DNA from: Tagaea sp. | Lineage (GTDB): Bacteria; Pseudomonadota; Alphaproteobacteria; CACIAM-22H2 | Length of the DNA stretch: 62,993 bases | NCBI GenBank assembly: GCA_044356395.1 | Contig: JBIKWI010000003.1 | Location: forward strand, 1-62,993 | Reading direction: 5' to 3' | Shown: one piece after another, positions 20,677-29,408 of the stretch | Position numbering within the stretch: position 1 is the first letter of the stretch | Layout: every line of letters begins with the position of its first letter | Notes under the pieces: generated by a model | Seen by the model: only the letters and a program-made list of their open reading frames with translations | Databases searched by the model: none | Told to the model about the DNA's origin: nothing | Translations under genes and position numbers: made by a program

Positions 20677-21378
20677 ATGAAGAAAATTCGCAAGAACGCG
20701 GCAGAGGCGCTCGATGGCCTGCTGTTCGACGGGATGAAGATCGCCGCCGGCGGCTTCGGCCTGTGCGGCATTCCCGAGCTGCTGATCGCGGCGATCCGAG
20801 ACGCGGGGACGAAGAACCTGACGGTCGCGTCCAACAACGCGGGCGTCGACGGCTTCGGCCTCGGCATCCTGCTCGGCACGCGCCAGATCAAGAAGATGGT
20901 TTCCTCGTACGTGGGCGAGAACGCGGAGTTCATGCGCCAGTACCTGGCGGGCGAACTCGAGCTCGAATTCAACCCGCAGGGCACGCTGGCCGAGCGCATG
21001 CGCGCGGGCGGTGCCGGCATTCCCGGCTTCTACACGCGCACCGGCGTGGGCACCGTGATCGCGGAAGGCAAGGAGCACAAGGAGTTCGACGGCCAGACCT
21101 ATATCCTCGAGCGCAGCTACGTCGCCGATCTTTCCATCGTCAAGGCGTGGAAGGCCGATCCGTCGGGCAACCTCGTGTTCCGCAAGGCGGCGCGCAACTT
21201 CAATCCGCCGGCCGCGACGTGCGGCAAGGTGTGCGTCGCCGAGGTCGAGGAGATCGTGCCGCTGGGCGCGCTCGATCCCGACCACATCCACCTGCCCGGC
21301 ATCTACGTGCACCGCATCGTGCAGGGCAAGCACGAGAAGCGCATCGAACAGCGCACCGTCCGCAAGCGCGCGGCCTGA
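20677..21378 (+). CDS. scoA: Succinyl-CoA:3-ketoacid CoA-transferase subunit A
   Basis: 233 aa with [13 protein letters not shown]......[15 protein letters not shown]...QIKKM.SSYVGEN. Confidence 0.92.
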   Translation: MKKIRKNAAEALDGLLFDGMKIAAGGFGLCGIPELLIAAIRDAGTKNLTVASNNAGVDGFGLGILLGTRQIKKMVSSYVGENAEFMRQYLAGELELEFNPQGTLAERMRAGGAGIPGFYTRTGVGTVIAEGKEHKEFDGQTYILERSYVADLSIVKAWKADPSGNLVFRKAARNFNPPAATCGKVCVAEVEEIVPLGALDPDHIHLPGIYVHRIVQGKHEKRIEQRTVRKRAA

Positions 21379-21389
21379 GGAGAGAACGC

Positions 21390-22019
21390 ATGCCCTGGAA
21401 CCGCGATCAGATGGCCGCACGCGCCGCGAAGGAACTGCAGGACGGCTGGTACGTCAATCTCGGCATCGGCATTCCGACGCTGGTGTCCAACTACATCCCC
21501 GAGGGCGTCGAGGTGACGCTGCAGTCGGAGAACGGCATGCTCGGCATGGGCCCGTTCCCGTTCGAGGGCGAGGAAGACCCCGATCTCATCAATGCCGGCA
21601 AGCAGACGATCACCGAGCTGCCGCAGACGTCGTTCTTCGACTCCGCCCAGAGCTTCGCGATGATCCGCGGCGGCAAGATCGCCATGGCCATCCTCGGCGC
21701 CATGGAAGTATCGGAGACCGGCGACCTCGCCAACTGGATGATCCCGGGCAAGCTCGTCAAGGGCATGGGCGGCGCCATGGACCTCGTCGCCGGCGTGGGC
21801 CGCGTTGTGGTGGTGATGGACCACACCAACAAGGCCGGCGAGTCCAAGGTCCTCAAGGCGTGCACGCTGCCGCTGACCGGCAAGGCCGTGGTCAACCGGA
21901 TCATCACGAATCTCGGCGTGATGGACGTGGTGCCCGGCGGGCTCAAGCTCGTCGAGCTGGCCGACGGCGTGACCGAGGCGGAGTTCCGCAAGGCGACCGA
22001 GGCACGGCTGGTCGCCTGA
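21390..22019 (+). CDS. scoB: Succinyl-CoA:3-ketoacid CoA-transferase subunit B
   Basis: [32 protein letters not shown]....LQSENG (catalytic Glu motif SENG). It starts 12 nt after scoA. Confidence 0.92.
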   Translation: MPWNRDQMAARAAKELQDGWYVNLGIGIPTLVSNYIPEGVEVTLQSENGMLGMGPFPFEGEEDPDLINAGKQTITELPQTSFFDSAQSFAMIRGGKIAMAILGAMEVSETGDLANWMIPGKLVKGMGGAMDLVAGVGRVVVVMDHTNKAGESKVLKACTLPLTGKAVVNRIITNLGVMDVVPGGLKLVELADGVTEAEFRKATEARLVA

Positions 22020-22130
22020 CCCTCCGGGCACGCCGAGACCTGTGCGTCGGGCAATCCTGCATTGACCGGAAATAGGCGCGCGCGGGCGGCGCGGCTGGGC
22101 TAACCTGCCGGCTGAGAGGAATTCGCCTGC

Positions 22131-23072
22131 ATGTTCGAGGGGTCTCGCGACCGGTACCGGGGGCTGCCCGGCCCGATCCAGGGTGCCATCCTGATGACCG
22201 TCGCCGCCGTCGCTTTCGCGGGGATGAACATCATCATCCGGGCGCTGAGCTTCGAACTCCATTCCTTCCAGATCTCGTTCCTGCGCATCGTGGTCGGCAT
22301 CGTCTTCATGCTGCCATGGCTGGCGCGCGTGGGCCTGGGCGGCCTCGCCACCGCCAGCCACAAGCTCTATCTGAGCCGCTCGCTGCTCGGCTACGCGTCG
22401 ATGCTGTGCTGGTTCACGGGCCTCGCCAGCCTCGAGATCGCGGAGGCGACGGCGCTGGGCTTCACCTCGCCGCTGTTCGCCACCGCCGCCGCGGCACTGC
22501 TGCTGGGCGAGGTCGTGCGCGCGCGCCGCTGGACCGCCACGCTGATCGGGCTTTCCGGCGCCATGATCGTCATCCGGCCGGGCTTCGGCGAACTCGAGTT
22601 CGCGCATCTGCTGGTGCTCGCGTCGGCGGCACTGGGCGGCTGGAACGCGATCACGGTCAAGCAGCTCACGCGCACCGACAACACGAACGCGATCATCGTC
22701 TACATGTCGCTCTACATGCTGCCGGTGGCGCTCCTGCCGGCGCTGTTCGTCTGGCGCTGGCCGTCGGCGGACGCGCTGGTGCTGGTCGGCCTGCTCGGCG
22801 TGTGCGCCACGATCGGCCACCAGTGCTTCACGCGCGCGATGGCCGCGTGCGAGGCGTCCTACGTGCTGCCGTTCGAGTTCGCGCGCCTGCCGATCTCGGC
22901 GACGATGGCCTATTTCATCTTCGCCGAGCAGCCCGACATCTACACGTGGATCGGCGGCAGCGTGATCGTCGGATCGACGTTCTACATCGCCCAGCGCGAG
23001 GCCTACATCGCGCGCAAGGCCGCCGAGCTCGGGCGTGCGCCGCCCGTGCGCAAGCCCGAGCCGCCGGCATGA
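22131..23072 (+). CDS. DMT-superfamily (EamA) transporter, paralog 1
   Basis: 313 aa, ~10 hydrophobic segments, two EamA repeats, and the conserved LGEVVRARRWTATLIGLSGAMIVIRPG junction shared with the next two genes. Confidence 0.85.
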   Translation: MFEGSRDRYRGLPGPIQGAILMTVAAVAFAGMNIIIRALSFELHSFQISFLRIVVGIVFMLPWLARVGLGGLATASHKLYLSRSLLGYASMLCWFTGLASLEIAEATALGFTSPLFATAAAALLLGEVVRARRWTATLIGLSGAMIVIRPGFGELEFAHLLVLASAALGGWNAITVKQLTRTDNTNAIIVYMSLYMLPVALLPALFVWRWPSADALVLVGLLGVCATIGHQCFTRAMAACEASYVLPFEFARLPISATMAYFIFAEQPDIYTWIGGSVIVGSTFYIAQREAYIARKAAELGRAPPVRKPEPPA

Positions 23073-23956
23073 CCGCGACCGGCCGGCGCAATCTCGAAGG
23101 TGCCTTGTGGATGATCGCCTCGGGCATCGTGTTCTCGGCGCAGGGCGCCATCGTCAAGCTGCTCGGCATGCGGCTCGACTCCTTCGAGATCGCGTTCTTC
23201 CGTTGCGTGTTCGGGCTCCTCGTCGTGCTGCCGTTCGTCTTTCGCGGGGGCACGGCGCTTTTCATGACCGGGCGGCCGGGCCTGCACGTCGTGCGCGCCC
23301 TCGTCGGCGTGTCGGGCATGTTCTGCGGCATGTACGCGCTCACCCGCCTGCCGCTCGCCGACGCGACCGCCATCTCGTTCGCCAAGCCGCTGTTCGCGGT
23401 GGTGCTGGCCGCGACGTTCCTGGGCGAGCTGGTGGGCTGGCGGCGCTGGACGGCGACCGCGGCGGGCTTCGTCGGCGTGCTCGTGATCGTGCGGCCGGGC
23501 ACCCAGACGTTCGAACTGGCGCATGTCGCGGCCCTGCTGGGCGCCTTCCTGATCGCCGACGTGATCGTGCTGGTCAAGAAGCTGCAGGGCAGCGAGAAGA
23601 ACGCCACGATCATGGCCTATTTCGGCATCGTCACGTCGATCGCGAGCCTCGGGCCCGCCCTGCTCGTCTGGCAGACGCCGACCTGGACCGAGCTTGCCCT
23701 GCTCGCCGGCATCGGTGCTTCGGCGAGCACCGGGCAGTGGATGGCGCTCAAGGCCTTCCGGGCGGCCGAAGCCTCGGCCGTCGTGCCCTACGACTATCTG
23801 CGCCTCGTCTTCGCGATCCTCTATGGCTGGCTGTTCTTCGCCGAGGTACCCGACGGCTGGACGCTGGCCGGTTCCGCGATCCTGATCGGCGCCACGCTCT
23901 ACATCGCCTATCGCGAGATCCGGCTGGGCAAGGCGCCCGCCGTGGGAAGCGGCTGA
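23069..23956 (+). CDS. DMT-superfamily (EamA) transporter, paralog 2
   Basis: The ATG at 23069 overlaps the paralog-1 stop. It carries the LGELVGWRRWTATAAGFVGVLVIVRPG junction and the FFRC.F motif near the N-terminus. Confidence 0.85.
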   Translation: MTATGRRNLEGALWMIASGIVFSAQGAIVKLLGMRLDSFEIAFFRCVFGLLVVLPFVFRGGTALFMTGRPGLHVVRALVGVSGMFCGMYALTRLPLADATAISFAKPLFAVVLAATFLGELVGWRRWTATAAGFVGVLVIVRPGTQTFELAHVAALLGAFLIADVIVLVKKLQGSEKNATIMAYFGIVTSIASLGPALLVWQTPTWTELALLAGIGASASTGQWMALKAFRAAEASAVVPYDYLRLVFAILYGWLFFAEVPDGWTLAGSAILIGATLYIAYREIRLGKAPAVGSG

Positions 23957-24867
23957 TGCGCAAGCGGCTCTCGGACTGGGCGCAGGCGCTGCCCGGCAAC
24001 GCGCGCGGCTGCCTGTGGGCCTTCGCGGCGATGCTGCTGTTCGGCTCCATGGAAGCGACGATCAAGGCGATGGGCTCGACGATGCACCCGCTGCAGATCG
24101 CCTTCTTCCGCTGCCTGTTCGCGTTCCTGATCATGGCGCCCCTCGTGCTGGGCTCGGGCGGCCTTGCGCAGGTGGCGACACGGCGCATCGGCGCGCATTT
24201 CGCGCGCACGCTGCTGGGCTATTGCGCGATGGCGACCGGGTTCGTCGCCATCACGCGCCTGCCGATCGCCGACGCGGTGGCGTTGGGCTACGTGCGCCAG
24301 CTCTTCGTGGTGGTGCTCGCGGTCGTGTTTCTCGGCGAAGTCGTGCGCTGGCGGCGCTGGACGGCGACGGCGGTCGGCTTCCTGGGCGTCGTCGTGATGG
24401 TGCGCCCCGGTGCCGGCGTGCTCGACCCGTTTGCGCTGGTGGCGCTGCTCAGCGGCTTCTTCGTGGCGTGCGTGACGGTGGCGCTCAAGCGCCTGAGCGA
24501 GACCGAGACGGCCGTGAGCACGGTCTTCTGGTTCAGCCTGTTTTCCACGCTCGTGTCGTTCGGACCGGCCCTTGCGGTGTGGCGCTGGCCCGAGCCGGTG
24601 GAATGGGCCGGCGCGGCCGCACTGGGGGCGATGGGGGCCAGCGGGCAGTTCTGCACGATGCGCGCCTACCGGATCGCGGAAGCGACCGCGATCGAGCCGG
24701 TCGATTACGGGCGGATGGTGCTGGCCGCCGCGTTCGGCCTGTTCGTGTTCGGCGAGGCACTCGACATGTACACGCTTACGGGTGCCGCGATCATCGTGGC
24801 GAGCACGCTGTACATCGCGCGCCGCGAAGCGGCCCTCGGCGTCAGGACCAGACCGCCAGCAGGCTGA
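23956..24867 (+). CDS. DMT-superfamily (EamA) transporter, paralog 3
   Basis: The ATG at 23956 overlaps the paralog-2 stop (ATGA). It carries the LGEVVRWRRWTATAVGFLGVVVMVRPG junction and IAFFRCLFAF. Confidence 0.85.
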   Translation: MRKRLSDWAQALPGNARGCLWAFAAMLLFGSMEATIKAMGSTMHPLQIAFFRCLFAFLIMAPLVLGSGGLAQVATRRIGAHFARTLLGYCAMATGFVAITRLPIADAVALGYVRQLFVVVLAVVFLGEVVRWRRWTATAVGFLGVVVMVRPGAGVLDPFALVALLSGFFVACVTVALKRLSETETAVSTVFWFSLFSTLVSFGPALAVWRWPEPVEWAGAAALGAMGASGQFCTMRAYRIAEATAIEPVDYGRMVLAAAFGLFVFGEALDMYTLTGAAIIVASTLYIARREAALGVRTRPPAG

Positions 24868-25285
24868 AGGCGAGGGCCAACACCACGAGCGCCGACAGGG
24901 GCCGGCGCAGCTGCAGGTACCAGCCCGGAAAGCGGCCGGCGGCGACCGCGCGCATGTCGACGATGAAAGCCGCCCAGAAGCCGACGATCAGCAGGATCAG
25001 CGCCGGGGCCGGCTCCATCCACGCGGCGGCAAGCCAGCCCAGCAGGGCGGGCACCACGCTCCAGCCCGGCACCGGCTCGCCGGGGCCGGCGAGGGCGCGG
25101 CCCCAATGCACGCCGCCGAGGAACGACAGGATGACCGCGCCATAGGCGAGCTGCGCGGACAGCGCGAACGGATAGGCCTCGGGGTTCGCCCAGATCGCGG
25201 CAACCGCCAGCCAGAACGGCAGCACGCCGCCGAAGCCGAGCCAGACGGCGGAACGCGGCACGCCGGCGAGTGAAAATGCGGTCAT
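24842..25285 (-). CDS. DUF3429 family membrane protein
   Basis: 147 aa with 4 TM segments and the FLGGVHWG motif. Confidence 0.65.
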   Translation of the reverse strand: MTAFSLAGVPRSAVWLGFGGVLPFWLAVAAIWANPEAYPFALSAQLAYGAVILSFLGGVHWGRALAGPGEPVPGWSVVPALLGWLAAAWMEPAPALILLIVGFWAAFIVDMRAVAAGRFPGWYLQLRRPLSALVVLALAFSLLAVWS

Positions 25286-25353
25286 TGGCGGCCATCCTCG
25301 AATCCGCTAGAGGGGAGCTGGAAACTGGACCGCCGGGCGGAAGGAATCAAGCC

Positions 25354-26115
25354 ATGGACATCAAGGGCGAAGCGGCGATCGTGACGGGCGGCGGCTCGGG
25401 CCTCGGCGAAGGTACGGCACGAGCACTAGCCAAGGCGGGTGCCAAGGTCACGGTCCTCGACGTCAACATCGATGCCGCGAAGCGCGTGGCCGCCGAGATC
25501 GGCGGACTGGCGCTTGCCTGCGACGTGTCGTCGGCCGACGCCGCCGCCGCGTGCGTGAAGCAGGCGCGCGAGGCGCACGGGGCCGCGCGCGTACTGGTCA
25601 ACTGTGCGGGCGTGGCGCCCGCCGCGCGCATCGTCGGCAAGGACGGGCCGCTGGCGCTGGACGCGTTCCGCCGCACGATCGAGATCAACCTGATCGGCAC
25701 CTTCAACATGATGCGGCTTGCGGCCGCCGACATGCAGGCGCTTTCCGCCAATGCCGACGGCGAGCGCGGGCTTGTGGTGATGACCGCGTCCGTCGCCGCT
25801 TTCGAAGGGCAGATCGGCCAGGCCGCCTATGCCGCGTCCAAGGGCGGGGTCGCGGCGCTGACGTTGCCGGCCGCGCGCGAGTTCGCGAAGTCGGGAATTC
25901 GCGTGATGACCATCGCCCCCGGTCTGTTCGGCACGCCGATGCTGCTGGGCATGCCGCAGCCCGTCCAGGACAGCCTTGCCGCACAGGTCCCGTTCCCGTC
26001 GCGCTTCGGCCGGCCGGACGAGTACGCGGCCCTCGTGATGCACTTCCTTGCCAACACGATGCTGAACGGCGAGACCGTGCGTCTCGACGGCGCCATCCGC
26101 ATGGGACCCAAATGA
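25354..26115 (+). CDS. Short-chain dehydrogenase, 3-hydroxyacyl-CoA dehydrogenase type-2-like
   Basis: TGGGSGLG cofactor motif, catalytic YAASKGGV, and C-terminal LNGETVRLDGAIRM typical of HSD17B10-type SDRs. Trimmed from ORF 25270..26115. Confidence 0.88.
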   Translation: MDIKGEAAIVTGGGSGLGEGTARALAKAGAKVTVLDVNIDAAKRVAAEIGGLALACDVSSADAAAACVKQAREAHGAARVLVNCAGVAPAARIVGKDGPLALDAFRRTIEINLIGTFNMMRLAAADMQALSANADGERGLVVMTASVAAFEGQIGQAAYAASKGGVAALTLPAAREFAKSGIRVMTIAPGLFGTPMLLGMPQPVQDSLAAQVPFPSRFGRPDEYAALVMHFLANTMLNGETVRLDGAIRMGPK

Positions 26116-26702
26116 CGCTGCAGAACCGCGTCACGCCCTTCTCGACGATCGAGGCCGATCCGGCGCGCGGCCTGTTCATGGGTAATCGCGGCTGCCTGCA
26201 CGGCGAACACCGCAATCTCGAAGTCGAGACGACGCGCGAGAAGCGCTGGCTGATCTGCCAGCTCAATTTCAAGGGCCGCAAGCGGCGCATCATGCATCCC
26301 GGCCACTACACCGAGCTGTTCTTCCTCGACGAGGCGACGGCCCTTGCCGCCGGCCACCGCCCGTGCGCGGAATGCCGGCGCGGGGCCTATGACAGTTTCC
26401 TGAAACTGTGGCCCGGGAAAAAGGCCGACGCGAACAAGCTCGACATCGCGCTGGCAAGCGACCGCTGCCGCCCCTGGCCCGCGACCTTCGGCGAACTGCC
26501 CGACGGGGCGATGTACGCGCACGACGAGGCGGCGTATCTCAGATGGAGCGGCAAGGCGTGGCGCTGGTCGCATTCCGGCTATTCGCCGGCTGAAATCCCC
26601 GACGGCCAGATCGAGGCGCTGACGCCGGAAGGAACGGTCGAGGTCTTGCGCGCCGGCTACAAGCCGCTCGTGCATCCGAGTGCCAGATACCCCTCACCCT
26701 AA
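26112..26702 (+). CDS. Conserved hypothetical protein (unknown function)
   Basis: 196 aa; the ATG overlaps the SDR stop. It has GC3-rich codons and a GNRGCLH...YTELFFLDEATALAAGHRPCAECRR motif. The last 4 codons and the stop lie in repeat A1. Confidence 0.6.
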   Translation: MTLQNRVTPFSTIEADPARGLFMGNRGCLHGEHRNLEVETTREKRWLICQLNFKGRKRRIMHPGHYTELFFLDEATALAAGHRPCAECRRGAYDSFLKLWPGKKADANKLDIALASDRCRPWPATFGELPDGAMYAHDEAAYLRWSGKAWRWSHSGYSPAEIPDGQIEALTPEGTVEVLRAGYKPLVHPSARYPSP

Positions 26703-26783
26703 CCCTCTCCCCGGAGGGGAGAGGGGATCGCACCGGCCGAGTCCGTCCCCTCTCCCGCTTGCGGGAGAGGGCCAGGGTGAGGG
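26691..26783. repeat. Nested palindromic intergenic element, family A, copy 1
   Basis: Outer inverted repeat CCCTCACCCT/AGGGTGAGGG enclosing two hairpins: CCCTCTCCCC-GGAG-GGGAGAGGG and CCCCTCTCCC-GCTTGC-GGGAGAGGG. Confidence 0.9.
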
Positions 26784-27071
26784 CTACGCAACCCCATCCA
26801 TGAACTTCGCCAGCTCGATATCCCGCATCGTCAGCCCGCCGGCGTCGTGCGTGGACAGCACCACGTCGATCTTGTTGTAGACGTTGAACCACTCGGGATG
26901 GTGGTCCATCTTCTCGGCCTTCAGCGCCACGCGCGCCATGAAGGCGAAGGCGGCGTTGAAGTCGGCGAACTTGTAGGATTTCGCGATCGCGTCGCGGTCG
27001 GGCAGTTCGGCCCAGCCGTCGAGCCCGGCAAGGGCGTCGTTGCGCGCGGTACCTGTCAGTCTTCCGGCCAT
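26784..27071 (-). CDS. phhB: Pterin-4-alpha-carbinolamine dehydratase
   Basis: 95 aa with ..L.GW........I...[26 protein letters not shown]...L.THD.GGLT..D. Confidence 0.88.
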   Translation of the reverse strand: MAGRLTGTARNDALAGLDGWAELPDRDAIAKSYKFADFNAAFAFMARVALKAEKMDHHPEWFNVYNKIDVVLSTHDAGGLTMRDIELAKFMDGVA

Positions 27072-27130
27072 CCCGCTCCCCCACGTCGCTTGGCACGGCC
27101 GTTCGCCGCGCGCTAGGCTCGCAGCCGACC

Positions 27131-27532
27131 ATGACCGAGCCGCCGCGTCCAGCACCCGATCTTGCCGAGATCGAACGTCTTGCCGAAAAGGCGATGGCGA
27201 CGATCCCGGCCGAACTGCGCAAACACGCCGGCAACATCGTGCTGCGCGTCGAGGATTTCTGCGACGAGGAGACCGAGAAGGAGATGGACCTGGAGAGCCC
27301 GTGGGAGATCATGGGCCTCTATCGCGGCGTCGACATGATCCGCGATTCCACGTCCACCGTGCGCACCCAGCCCGACATGATCTTCCTCTACCGCCGGCCG
27401 CTGCTCGACTACTGGTGCGAGACGGGCGAGGATCTCTACACGATCGTGCGCCACGTGATGATCCACGAGATCGGCCATCATTTCGGCTTTTCCGACGCCG
27501 ACATGGAACATCTGGAGTCGCTGGCCGAATGA
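27131..27532 (+). CDS. Zincin-like metallopeptidase family protein (DUF1025/Zincin_1)
   Basis: 133 aa with C-terminal [14 protein letters not shown] (HExxH) and the N-terminal fold typical of this small family. Confidence 0.75.
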   Translation: MTEPPRPAPDLAEIERLAEKAMATIPAELRKHAGNIVLRVEDFCDEETEKEMDLESPWEIMGLYRGVDMIRDSTSTVRTQPDMIFLYRRPLLDYWCETGEDLYTIVRHVMIHEIGHHFGFSDADMEHLESLAE

Positions 27533-28008
27533 GCAGGGACGGCGACGAAGCACCCGACGGCAACGGCGGCGGAATTCCGGCAAGTGCGGCGGACCTGGAA
27601 CTGGTCGAGGCGGCGCGCGCCGCGATCGCCCGGCTCTATGCCGAGAACCGCCACCATATCGGCTCGGCGCTGCGCACGCGCTCGGGGCGCGTGTTCACGG
27701 CCGTCCATCTCGACACCTATGTCGGGCGCGCCTCGGTGTGCGCGGAAGCCGTGGCGCTGGGCCGCGCCATCGCCGAGGGCGAGAGCGACATCGAAACCAT
27801 CGTTTCGGTGCGCCATCCCCGCCCGGCCGAGACCGACCGGACGATCCGCATCGTCAGCCCGTGCGGGATCTGCCGCGAGATGCTTTCGGATTTCGCACCC
27901 GGCTCGAAGGTCCTCGTGCCGGGCGAGGACGGGCCGGTCGGCGTGCCGGTCGATGTGCTTCTGCCGCGCAAATATTCCGTTCCGAAGCGTCGCAATCCGC
28001 GGAGCTGA
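27529..28008 (+). CDS. Cytidine/deoxycytidylate deaminase-fold protein (blasticidin-S-deaminase-like)
   Basis: Zinc motifs VCAEAVAL and SPCGICREML. The ATG overlaps the upstream stop. Confidence 0.7.
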   Translation: MSRDGDEAPDGNGGGIPASAADLELVEAARAAIARLYAENRHHIGSALRTRSGRVFTAVHLDTYVGRASVCAEAVALGRAIAEGESDIETIVSVRHPRPAETDRTIRIVSPCGICREMLSDFAPGSKVLVPGEDGPVGVPVDVLLPRKYSVPKRRNPRS

Positions 28009-28052
28009 ACACAAATGTAATTGTTATCAATATGTTGTCCGGCGCCGGTCAG

Positions 28053-28079
28053 TTGACCTATTAACGAATCTGGTATAAT
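28053..28079 (+). promoter_or_regulatory. Sigma-70-type promoter with extended -10
   Basis: TTGACC (28053-28058), a 15-nt spacer, then TGGTATAAT (28071-28079, i.e. TGnTATAAT), in a visibly AT-rich stretch upstream of the small ORF at 28152. Confidence 0.5.
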
Positions 28080-28151
28080 ATTCTTCAAATCTGCTTCGAT
28101 GTTGTGCGTTTCGAGAATCTAGCCTATCTGACTAAAAAGAAAGGCCAGTCC

Positions 28152-28397
28152 ATGTTCGGCCGCCAGAGGAATGCAATGGCTTTACCACCCAGACCAGGCA
28201 TGCCGGGAAAGCCCGGGGCCGCACCGTCCAACAAGATGCCGCTCGGCACGTTGATCGTGACCGGCCAGACCTGCCCGGAAAGCGGGATCTGGGAAAGCCA
28301 GGGGACACCATCGGGCCGCTCGTCGTTCCCGAAGGGCACGCGCATGCCGGCGTATGACAAGAAGTCGTGCGTCTGGAAGCTCGTCCGTTACCCCTGA
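28152..28397 (+). CDS. Small hypothetical protein (81 aa)
   Basis: AGAAAGG sits 7 nt before the ATG. The protein has a Pro/Gly-rich N-terminus and then ..GQTCPESGIWESQG....FPKGTRMP.....C.WKLV. I see a weak resemblance to YjzC-like small proteins but cannot verify it. Confidence 0.45.
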   Translation: MFGRQRNAMALPPRPGMPGKPGAAPSNKMPLGTLIVTGQTCPESGIWESQGTPSGRSSFPKGTRMPAYDKKSCVWKLVRYP

Positions 28398-28413
28398 GCC
28401 GGAGCCGGCCCCG

Positions 28414-28527
28414 ATGCGTCTTTTCGCTCTCCTGATTCTCGCCTTCACGCTTGGCGTGGCCGGCCTCCAGATGATGGCCGAAGACGGCCAAGCCCGCGCG
28501 CAGGCACCGGCCCAGCAGGCCGAATAG
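28414..28527 (+). CDS. Possible 37-aa membrane/secreted micropeptide
   Basis: MRLFALLILAFTLGVAGLQMMAEDGQARAQAPAQQAE. A GGAG lies 9 nt upstream. It is below the ORF-track length cut-off and there is no homology evidence. Confidence 0.25.
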   Translation: MRLFALLILAFTLGVAGLQMMAEDGQARAQAPAQQAE

Positions 28528-28551
28528 CACCACCGCCGGCCGCAACGAAAA

Positions 28552-28590
28552 ACGGGCGGGACCTGGAAAAGGTCCCGCCCGTTTTCTTTT
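28552..28590. terminator. Bidirectional intrinsic terminator
   Basis: Perfect 12-bp stem ACGGGCGGGACC / GGTCCCGCCCGT with loop TGGAAAA, an A-run upstream and TTTCTTTT downstream. It sits in the tail-to-tail gap before the sdhB stop (28606). Confidence 0.8.
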
Positions 28591-28605
28591 GGAATTGTCG
28601 CGCGA

Positions 28606-29382
28606 TTACTGGCGAGCGACCATCAGCTTCTTGATCTCGGCGATCGCCTTGGCGGGGTTGAGACCCTTCGGGCACGTCTTCGTGCAGTTCATGATCGTGT
28701 GGCAGCGATAGAGGCGGAACGGATCCTCGAGATTGTCGAGCCGTTCGCCCGTCGCCTCGTCGCGGCTGTCGGCGATCCAGCGATAGGCCTGCAGCAGCAC
28801 GGCCGGCCCCAGATAGCGGTCGCCGTTCCACCAGTAGCTCGGGCACGAGGTCGAGCAGCAGAAGCACAGGATGCATTCCCACATGCCGTCGAGCTTGGCG
28901 CGCTCCTCCGGGCTCTGCGGGCGTTCGCGGTCGGGCGGCGGCGTCTCGCTCTTCAGCCACGGCTCGATCGAGCGCAACTGCGCGTAGGCCTGGCTGAGGT
29001 CCGGCACCAGATCCTTGATCACCGGCATGTGCGGCAGCGGATAGATCTTCACGTCGCCGGCGCACTCGTCGATGCCCTTGGTGCAGGCGAGCGTGTTCGT
29101 GCCGTCGATGTTCATCGCGCACGAACCGCACACGCCCTCGCGGCACGAGCGGCGGAAGGTCAGCGTCGGGTCGATCTCGTTCTTGATCTTGATCAGCGCG
29201 TCGAGAACCATCGGCGCCGTCTGGTCGAGATCGAGCGTGTAGACGTCGACGCGCGGGTTCGCACCCGTGTCCGGGTCCCAGCGGTAGATCTTGAACGTCT
29301 TGGTCCGCTTGGCGCCCGACGGCGGCGGGAACGTCTTGCCGGTCTGGACCGTCGAGTTCGCGGGAAGCGTGAATTCGGCCAT
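28606..29382 (-). CDS. sdhB: Succinate dehydrogenase iron-sulfur subunit
   Basis: 258 aa with the three Fe-S Cys clusters ([36 protein letters not shown]). Confidence 0.97.
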   Translation of the reverse strand: MAEFTLPANSTVQTGKTFPPPSGAKRTKTFKIYRWDPDTGANPRVDVYTLDLDQTAPMVLDALIKIKNEIDPTLTFRRSCREGVCGSCAMNIDGTNTLACTKGIDECAGDVKIYPLPHMPVIKDLVPDLSQAYAQLRSIEPWLKSETPPPDRERPQSPEERAKLDGMWECILCFCCSTSCPSYWWNGDRYLGPAVLLQAYRWIADSRDEATGERLDNLEDPFRLYRCHTIMNCTKTCPKGLNPAKAIAEIKKLMVARQ

Positions 29383-29408
29383 GGGTGTCGCTCAGCCTTT
29401 CGGGAACT

